Shown here piece after piece: positions 30,462 to 40,623 of a stretch of 64,000 nucleotides of DNA. A program made the position numbers and the translations under genes. This DNA is from an uncultured Thermoleophilia bacterium (lineage in GTDB: Bacteria > Actinomycetota > Thermoleophilia > UBA2241), in contig CAVQSP010000013.1 of assembly GCA_963715985.1 (NCBI GenBank), positions 128,001 through 192,000 of the forward strand, written 5' to 3'. The notes under the pieces are model-generated. The model searched no databases, was not told the origin of the DNA, and saw only the letters and a list, made by a program, of their open reading frames with translations. The first letter of the stretch is position 1; each line of letters begins with the position of its first letter.

Positions 30462-31193
30462 CTACTCCGAGTCGAGCGAGGCGTCGAGCACGGCCCCTTC
30501 GTCCTGATCCCTGGAGCGATAGAGCTGCCGCGCGTCCCGGAGCTTCTCGTACCCGTCGTCGAGGACGGCGCCCATGTCCCGCCAGAGACAGACGTCCTGC
30601 TTGAGATGCTTGGCCTTGATCTCCACGGTGCACTCGTCGGCCAGCGGGCAGGCGAAGCACACCTCGTTCTCCACGGTCGTCACCGCCTTCTTGCAGTGCT
30701 CTCCCTCGTCGATGCGGCGGTAGGCGTCGAGCAGCAACTCCTGGACGTCGCCCTGGATGGTGATCTGGAACTGCGGCATCTGCTCGGGCTCTTCGTAGAG
30801 GAACACGCCGTTGCGCCAGTGCGCCAGCTCGAACACCTGGTCCAGCGTCTGTCTGGCCATGACTTCGCGCACGCGCTCCACGCTGGTGTAGCCGGCCTCG
30901 ATGAGCCGCTGGCCGAGCGGTGCGAGCTTGCGCTGCTCGCGGGAGAGCGCCGAGTCCTCGATGAGCGCCTGGGCGAGCTGCTGGTCGCTGAGGCAGCCGG
31001 CCTTGACCAGGCGGGTGCCGAGCTTCTCGTCGGTGATGGGCAGCGAGATGGCCTCCACGCGCCCGTGCACCAGGTAGATGAAGCCGTACTCCTCGAAGTC
31101 GCGCACCTCCAGCACGCCGGTGGCGGTGCTCTGCGCGAGGAACTGCAAAACGCTCGCGAGATTGAACTTGTTGATGGATCCCTGGAGGAGCAT
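30462..31193 (-). CDS. DUF4388 (PatA-N) protein with MshEN-like repeats and C-terminal Cys cluster
   Basis: LQGSINKFNLASVLQFL...TGVLEV; KLGTRLVKAG and PLGQRLIEAG; W..G.F.Y; CFACPLADEC...C. Confidence 0.8.
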   Translation of the reverse strand: MLLQGSINKFNLASVLQFLAQSTATGVLEVRDFEEYGFIYLVHGRVEAISLPITDEKLGTRLVKAGCLSDQQLAQALIEDSALSREQRKLAPLGQRLIEAGYTSVERVREVMARQTLDQVFELAHWRNGVFLYEEPEQMPQFQITIQGDVQELLLDAYRRIDEGEHCKKAVTTVENEVCFACPLADECTVEIKAKHLKQDVCLWRDMGAVLDDGYEKLRDARQLYRSRDQDEGAVLDASLDSE

Positions 31194-31228
31194 GGCGTCG
31201 CCTCTCGGCGTACTCTGGCCCACTTCGC

Positions 31229-31256
31229 GTATCGGCAGGTGCAGGCAAAAGGTTAG
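31229..31256 (-). promoter_or_regulatory. Putative sigma28-type promoter of the DUF4388 gene
   Basis: CTAA-N16-GCCGATAC on the minus strand. Confidence 0.65.
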
Positions 31257-31301
31257 GCGCGCGGAGCGGCCGGCGGCGCGGCGAAGGCCGGCCGGGGCAA
31301 A

Positions 31302-31331
31302 TTGACCCCGCCTCCGCCGCGAAGCTATACT
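31302..31331 (+). promoter_or_regulatory. Housekeeping sigma promoter of the rpmH operon
   Basis: TTGACC-N18-TATACT. Confidence 0.75.
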
Positions 31332-31367
31332 GCACGTTCTGAGTATCGACGATCATGCGAGGAAGCA

Positions 31368-31502
31368 GTGAAGAGGACCTATCAACCGAACACCCGCAAG
31401 CGCAGCAAGACCCACGGTTTTCGCAAGCGGATGAGCACGCGCGCGGGCAGGTTGGTCATCAAGAAGCGGCGGCAGAAGGGGCGCAAGCGCCTCTCCGCGT
31501 AA
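31368..31502 (+). CDS. rpmH: 50S ribosomal protein L34
   Basis: [28 protein letters not shown]...[11 protein letters not shown]. Confidence 0.97.
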   Translation: MKRTYQPNTRKRSKTHGFRKRMSTRAGRLVIKKRRQKGRKRLSA

Positions 31503-31512
31503 CCGCCGGCCC

Positions 31513-31899
31513 ATGGCCACCAAGCGCCCCCGCCTTTCGCGATCATCCGACTTCCAGCGCATCTACAGGCAGGGGACGTCGACGGCCTCCCGTTTCCTCG
31601 TGCTGTACTCGTTCAAGCGCCCGCCGGAGGGGGGCGCTGAGGGGCCGAGGCTCGGACTGTCGGTCTCGAAGAAGCTGGGTGGGGCCGTCGTCCGTAACCG
31701 TGTCAAGCGTCTGCTCCGCGAGGCTGTCCAAGGCTGCGCGGGGCGTCTGGTCGAGGAGTACGATCTCGTCGTGATCGCGCGTCCCCAGTTGCTGGACCTC
31801 ATCGCTCGCGAGAGCGCCGGGGAGAAGGGCCTCGTCGGCGACGCCGTGCGTGAGCTGCTCTCCCGTGCCGGCGCGCTGCGTGAGGCGGGCGCGTCATGA
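31513..31899 (+). CDS. rnpA: Ribonuclease P protein component
   Basis: [33 protein letters not shown]. Confidence 0.95.
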   Translation: MATKRPRLSRSSDFQRIYRQGTSTASRFLVLYSFKRPPEGGAEGPRLGLSVSKKLGGAVVRNRVKRLLREAVQGCAGRLVEEYDLVVIARPQLLDLIARESAGEKGLVGDAVRELLSRAGALREAGAS

Positions 31900-32174
31900 G
31901 GAGGATCCCGGCCATCGTGCTCGTCGCCCTCATCAGGGCGTACCAGTACGCCGTCTCGCCGCTGCTCGGGCCGCGCTGCAGGTACTACCCGTCGTGCTCC
32001 AACTACGCCATCGGCGCGCTCCGCGAGCACGGCGCCTTCCGCGGCGCGGGCCTGGCCGCCTGGCGCATCCTGCGCTGCAACCCGTTCAGCAACGGCGGCT
32101 ACGACCCGGTGCCACCGCGGCATCGCGGCTGCGAGCACGACCACCCCGAGAGCAACGTGAGCGCCCGTGTATAA
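31896..32174 (+). CDS. yidD: Membrane protein insertion efficiency factor
   Basis: [34 protein letters not shown]. Confidence 0.95.
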   Translation: MRRIPAIVLVALIRAYQYAVSPLLGPRCRYYPSCSNYAIGALREHGAFRGAGLAAWRILRCNPFSNGGYDPVPPRHRGCEHDHPESNVSARV

Positions 32175-33158
32175 CCTGCCCATCCTCAGCCAGCTCATCC
32201 TGCTGCTGCACTGGATCCTCGTCACCATCAACGACTGGCTGGCGTCGCTCGGGCTCGGGCCGGAGTGGACGTGGGGCCTCGCCATCATCGGTCTCACCGT
32301 GATCGTGCGCCTCATCCTCTTCCCGCTCACCTGGAAGCAGTTCAGCTCGGCGCAGTCCATGCAGGCCATCCAGCCGAAGATCAAGGAACTGCAGAAGAAG
32401 TACAAGAACGATCGCGGCAAGCTCCAGCAGGAGACGATGAAGCTCTACCAGGAGCACCGGGTCAACCCGTTCGCCTCCTGCCTGCCGTTGCTGCTGCAGC
32501 TGCCGGTGTTCATCGGGCTGTACGCGGCCATCAAGGGCCTCGGGCCCGCTGGAGCGCGCCGCAGTACCAGGCCTCGGTCGAGGCGCTCAACCAGGCCTCG
32601 TTCCTGTGGATCCCGCACCTCGGCCTGCCGGACCCGTACTACGTCCTGCTCGTCCTCTACGTGGTGTCGCAGCTCATCTCCACCGAGCTCATGCTGGCCA
32701 CGCAGACCGACAAGTCGCAGCGCATGATCATGCGGGCCATGCCCATCATCTTCGTGTTCTTCCTGTTCAGGTTCCCGGCCGGTCTCTTCGTGTACTGGGT
32801 CACCACCAACATCTGGACGATCGGCCAGCAGCTCCTCATCCGCCGCATGATGAAGCCCCCGGACCTCGAGGCGCTGGCCGCCAAGCCGGCCAAGCGCAGC
32901 CGCTTCATGGAGGCGCTCACGGCGGCTCAGGGCGACCGCATGCAGACGCGCGAGGACCTCATCGCCAAGCAGAGGGCCGAGCGCGCACAGAAGGAGTCAG
33001 GCTCCGGAGGCGACGCCAAGAGCGGCGCCAAACCGGCGGCCCAGTCAGGCGCCAAGAAGAGCAGCGGCGCACGCAAGCCGCCTCCGGGCAAGGGCAAGCG
33101 CAAGCCGAGCCCTCAGCAGGGGCAGGGGACAGACAAGAGCGGTCCGGCGGACGGCTGA
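32167..33158 (+). CDS. yidC: YidC/Oxa1 membrane insertase; frameshift near 32550
   Basis: [48 protein letters not shown]. Confidence 0.92.
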
Positions 33159-33205
33159 GCCGCCCGCCGGGCTTTCGGCATTCGATCGGGGAAGCGGAGG
33201 CTGCG

Positions 33206-33946
33206 ATGGCAGAGCCCGACGATCTCCCGTCCCTGGACGACGGAGAAGAAGAGACCGAGTTCGCCACCATCGCCGGGGCGGGCAGCGTGGAAGAGGCCAA
33301 GCGCAAGGCGATGGACCAGCTGCGCAAGGTGGTACCGCTCGTCAGCGAGGCGGACGTGGAGTTCCTCGTCATGGAGGAGGGCAACCGCGGCGGGTTCTTC
33401 GGCCGCGGCAAGGCCGAGGCCCGTGTGGAAGCGCGCCTGCGTCCCGCTTCCGAGCGCGCTTCCATCCCCGAGGTCCCGGAAGGGCAGGCCGCGGGCGCCG
33501 AGGTCCTCCGCGCCTTCGTCCAGACCACAGTCACCCTCATGGGCATCGAGGCGAGCGTGAGCGCCGCCGACAGTGGCGAGGTGGTCCGCGCCGACATCAG
33601 CGGCGACGACCTGGGGCTGCTCATCGGCCGTCACGGCGCCACCATCGACGCGCTCCAGTATCTCTCGGCTATCGTCGTCAACGGCGACCGCCACGAGCGC
33701 CGTCAGGTCATCGTCGACGCGGAAGGCTACCGCGAGCGCCGCGAGACGGCGCTCGTGTCGCTGGCCGACCGTATGGCGCAGAAGGTGGCGCGCGAGGGCA
33801 GCGCCATCGCCCTCAAGCCCATGACCGCCGCCGAGCGCAAGGTGGTGCACCTGCACCTCAAGGACCACCCGCGCGTCACTACGGCATCGGAGGGCAACGA
33901 GCCTTTCCGCGCCGTGGTCATCTCTCCCAAACGGTCTGCCGGCTGA
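33206..33946 (+). CDS. jag: Jag/EloR/KhpB RNA-binding protein (KH + R3H)
   Basis: GLLIGRHGATIDALQY, DAEGYRERR, ERKVVHLHL, SEGNEPFR. Confidence 0.92.
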   Translation: MAEPDDLPSLDDGEEETEFATIAGAGSVEEAKRKAMDQLRKVVPLVSEADVEFLVMEEGNRGGFFGRGKAEARVEARLRPASERASIPEVPEGQAAGAEVLRAFVQTTVTLMGIEASVSAADSGEVVRADISGDDLGLLIGRHGATIDALQYLSAIVVNGDRHERRQVIVDAEGYRERRETALVSLADRMAQKVAREGSAIALKPMTAAERKVVHLHLKDHPRVTTASEGNEPFRAVVISPKRSAG

Positions 33947-33965
33947 CGGCGCGCGGCATCCTCCA

Positions 33966-33993
33966 TCAAGGAGTCCGCCCGTGTCACCGATAC
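33966..33993 (+). promoter_or_regulatory. Putative sigma28-type promoter of the lipoprotein gene
   Basis: TCAA-N16-ACCGATAC. Confidence 0.5.
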
Positions 33994-34052
33994 ACTAGAG
34001 CGGCGCGCCCGCGGGCGCGCCGGGGTCATGTCGCCAGAGGAGGGAGCCAGTC

Positions 34053-35040
34053 ATGCGTGTCAGGTCAGTAGCCCCATGGATCGTCGTCCTCCTGGTGGTC
34101 GCGCTGATCGCGGCGGCCGGGTGCGGGGGCAGTTCGTCGTCCGGCAGCTCGGCATCGCCGGCTGCGGTGGCCGCCGGTGTCTCGGCCGACCAGGTGGTGA
34201 AGGACAGCGAAGCCAAGATGGCGCAGGTCACCAGCGCCTCCTTCGTCGCCGACGTCAAGGTGGGCGTCCAGGGCGACACGAGCAAGATGACCGATCCCAC
34301 AGCCCAGGCGCTGCTCGGGAGCGGCATCACCGTCCACGCGGAGGGCAAGAGCTCCAACGACCCCACCGCCGTCGACATGACGATCAGCCTGGGCATCTCC
34401 GGGCAGACACTCGAGCTCGGGATGATGACGCAGGGCACGGAGTCCTGGGTGCAGTACCAGGACAAGTGGTACAAGGTGGACGCCAAGAGCAGCAAGAGCC
34501 TGGACCAGCAGGCTCAGATCGGCGCCGCTCCCACCGAGCAGCTCAAGAGCCTCGGCCTTGACCCGGCGGACGTGGGGCACCACCTACAGCATGGTCGGCA
34601 TCGAGGACCTCAACGGAACGCAGGTGTACCATGTCAAGGCCACGGCCGACCCGCAGAAGCTCGCCGACGCGCTGCTGAAAGCGTCCCAGGACCCCTCGCT
34701 CGCCAAGAAGCTCGGCGGGCAGGAGCAGCTCAAGCAGCTCGAACAGAGCCTGACGCAGAACAAGCAGCAGACCGAGGAGCTCGGCAAGAGCCTCAAGCAG
34801 GCCACCGTGGACTACTGGATCGGCGTCGACGACGGCCTCATGTACAAGGCCCAGTTCGCCGCCGCCATGGACACCACCGGCCAGAAGGACATGTCCGGGG
34901 TCGACGGCATCACGATGTCCATGACGATGTCCATGTCGGACTTCGACGAGCCCGTCACGGTCACGCCCCCGGCGAACGCGCTGCCGCTGGACAAGCTCAT
35001 GGAGCAGATGTTCGGCATGGCCGGCGGGCTCAGCTACTGA
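34053..35040 (+). CDS. Lipoprotein, LppX/LprAFG (LolA-like) resemblance; frameshift near 34570
   Basis: Lipobox AAGC; YWIGVDDGLMYK...SDFDEPVTVTPP. Confidence 0.75.
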
Positions 35041-35071
35041 GACTGCACGGCGGCCGCGCTGCGGCCGCCTG

Positions 35072-35122
35072 AGACGACAGAGGGGCGGGTGGCGCACAGC
35101 GCCACCCGCCCCTCTGTCGTCT
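35072..35122. terminator. Hairpin between convergent genes, probably a bidirectional terminator
   Basis: 24-bp perfect inverted repeat AGACGACAGAGGGGCGGGTGGCGC with a 3-nt loop. Confidence 0.75.
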
Positions 35123-35164
35123 GGCCCGGAGACCGCGGCCGCAGGGCCGCAGGCCCGGATGCGC

Positions 35165-36762
35165 TCAGCGGTTCCAGTCGAAGTCGCGCGCCTGGGTCTT
35201 CTCCCACGAGGCGGCGTCGTCGTCGCTGCGCTGCCCCAGAAGGGACTTGCTGAGGATCTCGGGGGCCTTCTGCGCGGCCGCGCTGGGCGGCTCCGGCTCG
35301 GCCGGCGCGGCGGCCGGCCCCACGGGCGCCTCCGCGGGCTGCGGCTCAGGCTGCGGCCGCTGTGCCGCGGCGCGGCTGATCTGCGCCGGCGCCAGCTGAA
35401 CGGTGCCGTCGGCGCGCACGCCGGCGTTGGGGCGCAGGCCGATCTCGTCGTAGCCGCGCTCGTCCATGCGCACGGCTCCGCTCTCGGCGTCGACGTGGAA
35501 GCGATACCAGCCCATGGACCACATGAACGTGACGGCCGTGGTGTGGCCGTCGAAGCCGACGTGCGCGAGAGGGAGCCCGAGCTGTTCGCTGGTCTCGGCG
35601 ATCTTGTGCGGCACCTGGCTGACGTTGAGCAGGTCCACGCCGCGCTGCAGCAGGGTGAGGGAGGCCGCTTCAGCCTCGAGCTCGGCCTGCGTGGGCTCGG
35701 CGGGCGGCGGCTCTACGGCGGCCGCGGCCACCGGTGCCGGCGTGAGGGTGGTCTCGGCTTCGTGCGGCTCCTCGCCCGCGTACTCCGCCTGCGGCGGCGC
35801 GGCCTCGTCGATCATGTCGTCGGTGACGGCCGGGATGGGCTGCGTGCTCTCGAAGACGACTGCCGGCACGCCCTCGCGCACGGCGGCGCCTGCCGGCTCG
35901 GCCGCGAGGGCGGCCTGGTCCGCGGCCGGCGCCGTGACGACAACGGCCTCGTCGGCCGGTACCTGGTCCGCGGCGATCACGTCCGCGGCCGCCGCGACGG
36001 CGGCGGCCGCGGGAACGGCCTGCCCCGGAGCCGCGACCGGCGGCGCGTCGACCGACAGCGCAGCCTCCTCGTCGCGCAGCGCGGCCAGTTCCGCGGCGAA
36101 CTCGGCGGGGGTCTCGCCCCACGTGCGCTCGCCCGGTTCGGAGGCGTCGCCGGTGGGCCGTGCCGCAGCCGGCTCCGGTACGACCGGCGGCTGGTAGGCG
36201 GGCTCGGGCTCCGTGTACGCGACGGCAGCAGCAGCCGCTGCGGCCGGCACCAGCGGCTCCCGGGGTACCTCGTACGCGGGCTCGGCGGTCTGCGCACGCA
36301 CCAGCGCGAGCTGGCCCGCGAGCTCCTGCTTCTCGGCCTCGGCGCGCTCGAGCTGAGCCTGAAGCCGCTCGATCGCAGCGTCCTTCTCCTTGAGGGCCTT
36401 CCAGAAGGCGTCGCTCTCACCCCGCGAGTCACGCTTCTCGGGGACGGGCTCCGGTTCGGGCGCCAGATCGTCGTAGGCTGCGGCCGACATGGCAGCCGGC
36501 GCCACCATCTGGCCGGCCGCGGAGGCACCTCGGCAAGCGACTCGCGCACGCGCCCGTTGTTGGCGGGCGTGGTGCCGATGGAGACCGGCTCGTCCGCGCC
36601 GAAGGTGTGGTTCTGTCCGCAAAGCGAGCAGATGAGGTGCTCCTCGCCGTCGGCGCCGACCACATTCTGGGTCCATTCGCCGACGAGGAGGGTGCGGCCG
36701 CACTGGGCACAGACGGCCTGGTCGGGCTCGTCCTTGCCGCGGCCGAAGATGCGTCCGAACAT
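35165..36762 (-). CDS. Hypothetical protein: Zn-ribbon, coiled coil, Pro/Ala/Glu-rich linker, C-terminal globular domain; frameshift near 36520
   Basis: MFGRIFGRGK...CAQC...CSLC; KEKDAAIERLQAQLERAEAEKQEL; TFMWSMGWYRFHVD. Confidence 0.7.
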
Positions 36763-36837
36763 CGTCACTCCCGTCTCGGGCCAGCCCGTTCGGGCAGGGC
36801 TACGCTGCACGAACGGTCATGATACCAGACGGACGGG

Positions 36838-37071
36838 CTACTCTTCTTCGTCGTCGTCCGGCGCCGTGTCGAACTGGGCGAGCACCTCGCGGGCTTGCTC
36901 CGCGTCGGCCTCGGCGACGAGGATGTGGTACGGATTGGTCTCCGGCGTGACGAAGACGTCCTCGGTGCCGGTACCGGCCACCACGGCCTCGATGCCGGCC
37001 TGCTCGAGGACACCCCGGACGACGTTGGCCTGCCCTGCGTCGTACACGATGGTCACGGTCTCGAGCTCCAT
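36838..37071 (-). CDS. DUF2007-like putative signal-transducing protein
   Basis: ANVVRGVLEQAGIEA...ILVAEADAEQAREVL. Confidence 0.75.
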   Translation of the reverse strand: MELETVTIVYDAGQANVVRGVLEQAGIEAVVAGTGTEDVFVTPETNPYHILVAEADAEQAREVLAQFDTAPDDDEEE

Positions 37072-37162
37072 GGCGTCACCTCGCAGTCCGGGTCGGGACG
37101 CCGCGGCGCGGCGCAGGCGGAGTATACCCGCCTCCCGCGCTGAAGACTCGGGGCGCGCCGCT

Positions 37163-38008
37163 TCAGCCTCCGAGCTCGCGGAGGATCTCCACGTTGCGCA
37201 GGTCCGGGCCCTGGTCGTCGAAGCCGGGGACCTCGAGGATGCCGGGCGTGTCGGCGAAGGCCGGGTGGTTGACGATGGCGCGGAAGCCCTCGAGGCCGAT
37301 CTCGCCGTCGCCGATGTTCTCGTGCCGGTCCCTGTTGGAGCCGAAGGCGGTCTTGGAGTCGTTGAGGTGCAGCATCACGAGGCGGTCGAGGCCGCAGGCG
37401 GCGTCGAGGCGCGCCAGCGCCTCGTCCAGCCCTGCGGCCGTGCGGATGTCGAAGCCCGCCTCGAAGACGTGCGCGGTGTCGAGGCACAGGCCGAGGCGCG
37501 GGTGCCGGTCCGCGGCGTCGATCATGGCGCCGAGCTCGTCGAAGTCCACGCCCATGGTGCCGCCGGCGCCGGCCGTGTTCTCGAGCAGCAGGCGCACCGG
37601 CGAGCCCTCGCTCTCCGCCAGGGCGCGCCGCAGGGCGGCCTGGACACGCACGAGACCGGTCTCGAAGCCGGCTCCCTGGTGTGAGCCGACGTGGGTGACG
37701 ATGGCGTCGGCGCCGAGCTGCTCCGCCGCGGCCACGGCGCCGAGCAGCGACGTCACCGACTTCTCGTAGAAGTCCTCGCGGGAGCTGGCCAGGTTGATGA
37801 GGTAGATGGTATGGATGACGACGAAGCGGATGGGGGACGCGGAGCGCGCCTCACGGAACTTCTCCGCGTCCTTCTCCTTGTACGTGGTGGGCGCCCAGGT
37901 GCGCGGGCTGCCGGCGAAGAACTGGATCGCCTCGCAGCCGATGTCCACGCCGTTGCCGATCGCCTTCCATACCCCGCCCGACGAGTTCACGTGCGCACCG
38001 ATGTACAT
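37163..38008 (-). CDS. nfo: Endonuclease IV
   Basis: IGAHV, HTIYLINL, LLENTAG, CLDTAH, HLNDSK, DRHENIG. Confidence 0.95.
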   Translation of the reverse strand: MYIGAHVNSSGGVWKAIGNGVDIGCEAIQFFAGSPRTWAPTTYKEKDAEKFREARSASPIRFVVIHTIYLINLASSREDFYEKSVTSLLGAVAAAEQLGADAIVTHVGSHQGAGFETGLVRVQAALRRALAESEGSPVRLLLENTAGAGGTMGVDFDELGAMIDAADRHPRLGLCLDTAHVFEAGFDIRTAAGLDEALARLDAACGLDRLVMLHLNDSKTAFGSNRDRHENIGDGEIGLEGFRAIVNHPAFADTPGILEVPGFDDQGPDLRNVEILRELGG

Positions 38009-38024
38009 GCCGCCCTCCTCCCGT

Positions 38025-40092
38025 TCACACGAGATCGCGCGGCACGACGCGCCGCCACTCTCGTGTGAAGACCACCTGCTCGTCGTCCTCTTCGCCCTCG
38101 CTCACCGTGACCACGTCGGCGACCACGAAGCTCCCGGCGTCGCACGTCATCTGCCCCCGGGTGACGATGTGGAAACGGCCCTGGGCGCCGCGCCGCAGCA
38201 CGCTCTCGAGCTCCGTCCGCACCGAGGCCGACAGCGGATCGCCCTCGCGGATCCGGTACGTCACCGTGTTCCACTCCTCGCTCTCCCAGCCGTCGGGCAG
38301 GACGACGTTGCCGCCGTCCACGTAGTGATAGGTCCAGGTGAGGCTGTCGTCGGTGAGGTCGCGCGCGTAGCTGCGGTCGCCGGGGCCACCGCCGAACACC
38401 TGCTCTCCGAGCCCCGGCGGCACCACCGGCGCGGCGAACTCCGGCAGCTCCTCGTCCTCGGGGCGCGGCGGGCGCACGGGGAGCTCGAGGGTGGACTCCG
38501 CGCAGTCCAGCGTCAGCACGACGGCCTCCGGCGACGGCCACGCGAGCGGCCAGTACGTGGGGGAGAGCGCGACGCGCAGGCGGTGGCCGGCGGGAAAGGC
38601 GTGGGCGGTGGCGTCGAGCGGCACGCACACCGTGTACTCGTGACCGGGTGCGAGCGCCTGCGGGTGCTCGTGCCCGTCACGGTGCGTGAGGTTGAAGACC
38701 TGCTGGGCCACGAGCGTCGAGACGCCGTCCGGGGCCACGTCGGCGAGACGCACCGCCACGAGGGCGAGGGGCCTGTCGGCGGCCACCCTCAGCGTGAGCA
38801 CGGGGTGGCCGAGGATCTCGAGCCGGCCGGCAAGCGGAGCTGAGGTGAAGCACAGCGACTGGCCCTCAGCCGCCCTCTGGTCGGGGGCCTCGTCGCTGGG
38901 CTGGCCCTCGGCACACCAGGCGCCGGCGTCGGCGCCGCACAGCTGCGAGCCGGCGATGGTCAGGCGGCCGCCGTCCGCGCCGTGCGCGGCCGCCGCCTCA
39001 GCGTCCGGCTGCCGGGCGCCCGGCCCGCGCAGCACGCCGTCGGCGTCGAGGCGCCAAGTCCGCGGCGCCAGACGCTGGGACGGCCACGTCTCTTCCGCCA
39101 CCCAGCGGCCGGGCACGTCGCCCACCTGTCCGCTCGGCCGCCTCCAGTCCTGCATCCAGACTCTCAGCATGGGCTCGTCCATCACGCCCGTGTCGCGGCC
39201 CTTGAGCCAGTGGTCCCACCAGCGCAGCGCCTCCTGCAGGAAGCCGATGGCGGGGCCCGGCGCGGCGATGTGCGGGAACGCGTGGCCCCACGGTCCGATG
39301 AGCCCCTTGCGCGGCCCCGGTAGGCCCCTGAGCAGGCGCAGGACCGCGTTGGTGTAGCCGTCCGCCCAGCCGCCGACCGCGTACACCGGCACCTCGATGG
39401 CCCCGTAGTCCTCGCACACCGAGCCATGCTTCCAGTAGGCGTCGCGGCGCTGGTGGGCCAGCCACGTGTGCGCCCAGGGCCGGTTCGCCTCCAGGCGTTG
39501 CGACCAGAGCTCTCGCCACTCCGCGCCGACCGCCGCCTCGTGCGGCGGCTGGCACTGCCAGTGCAGCATGCACGAGCTCCAGTGCAGCATGTCGGTGCCC
39601 ATGACGCAGCCGCCCTTGTAGTGCACGTCGTCCGCGTACCGGTCGTCGGTGCTCATGAGCGTGATGATCGCCTTGAGCGCCGGCGGCCGGCGGGCGGCCA
39701 CCTGGAGGCTGTTGAAGCCGCCCCACGAGATACCCGTCATGCCCACCGTCGCCGGAGCACCAGGGCTGCGCCGCCAGCCAGGCGATGACCTCGAGGAGGT
39801 CCTCCTGCTCCTGCGGCTCGTACTCGTCGCCGAGGATGCCGTCCGACTCGCCGCTGCCGCGCAGGTCGAGGCGCACGCAGGCGTACCCATGGGCGGCCCA
39901 GTAGGGGTGGATCTGCACGTCGCGCGTAGCCATGCCGTCGCTCAGGCGGTAGGGCACGGCCTCCAGGATCGCGGGCACCGGGTCGGCCTCCGCGTCGTCG
40001 GGCAGCCAGATGCGGGCCGCCAGGCGCGTACCGTCGCTGAGCGGCACCCAGGCGTAGTCGATGGTGCGGATCGTGCGGTCCTCATGCGTCAT
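38025..40092 (-). CDS. CocE/NonD family hydrolase (peptidase S15); frameshift near 39755
   Basis: LSDGTRLAARIWLP, DLRGSGESDG, GISWGGFN, GPWGH, PepX-like C-terminal domain. Confidence 0.9.
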
Positions 40093-40276
40093 ACTGTCGC
40101 CTCCCCGCCCCGCGCCTCGAGGTCGCCGGGGCGCGACCGAGTGTACCGGGACGGCGCGCAGCGTCACAGGGGCAGACGGTGCCGGCGCGGGCACGCGGCC
40201 ACGGCTTGCGGATAGACTAGAGGCCTGGCCGCGGTCCGACGGCGACCGTGCGCTGGAGACGCCCCAAGGAGGCGAG

Positions 40277-40519
40277 GTGGAGGAAGAAAGCCTGCAGCGC
40301 TGCAAGACGTGCCCGGCGTTCGCGGAGATCCCCGGCGAGCAGGGTGCGGGTACCTGCCGCTCGATGCCACCGGTCGTGGTGCAGGGCGAGAAGTTCTTCC
40401 GCGGCCCCAGCCGCGAGCTGCCGTTCGGGACGTTCCCCGCCGTGGGCGCTTTTCCGCTCGTGCGCGAGGACGACTTCTGCATGGCGCACCCGCGGAACCG
40501 GCATCTGACCACGCGCTGA
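40277..40519 (+). CDS. Small four-Cys protein (80 aa)
   Basis: AAGGAGG RBS then GTG; CKTC...GTCRSMPP...FPLVREDDFC. Confidence 0.65.
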   Translation: MEEESLQRCKTCPAFAEIPGEQGAGTCRSMPPVVVQGEKFFRGPSRELPFGTFPAVGAFPLVREDDFCMAHPRNRHLTTR

Positions 40520-40623
40520 GCCTCGCGCCCCGGCCGCCGAGGCTGTGATAGGGTGAGGAGGCGCGGCGGCCGGAAGAGCCGCCGCGCCCGTCAACCGCTT
40601 CAGACCCCAGGAGACTCACCGCC

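Noticed and set aside
35159-37684. 841-aa plus-strand ORF and many similar long antisense ORFs
   Set aside because: Shadow ORFs of real opposite-strand genes, typical of high-GC DNA.
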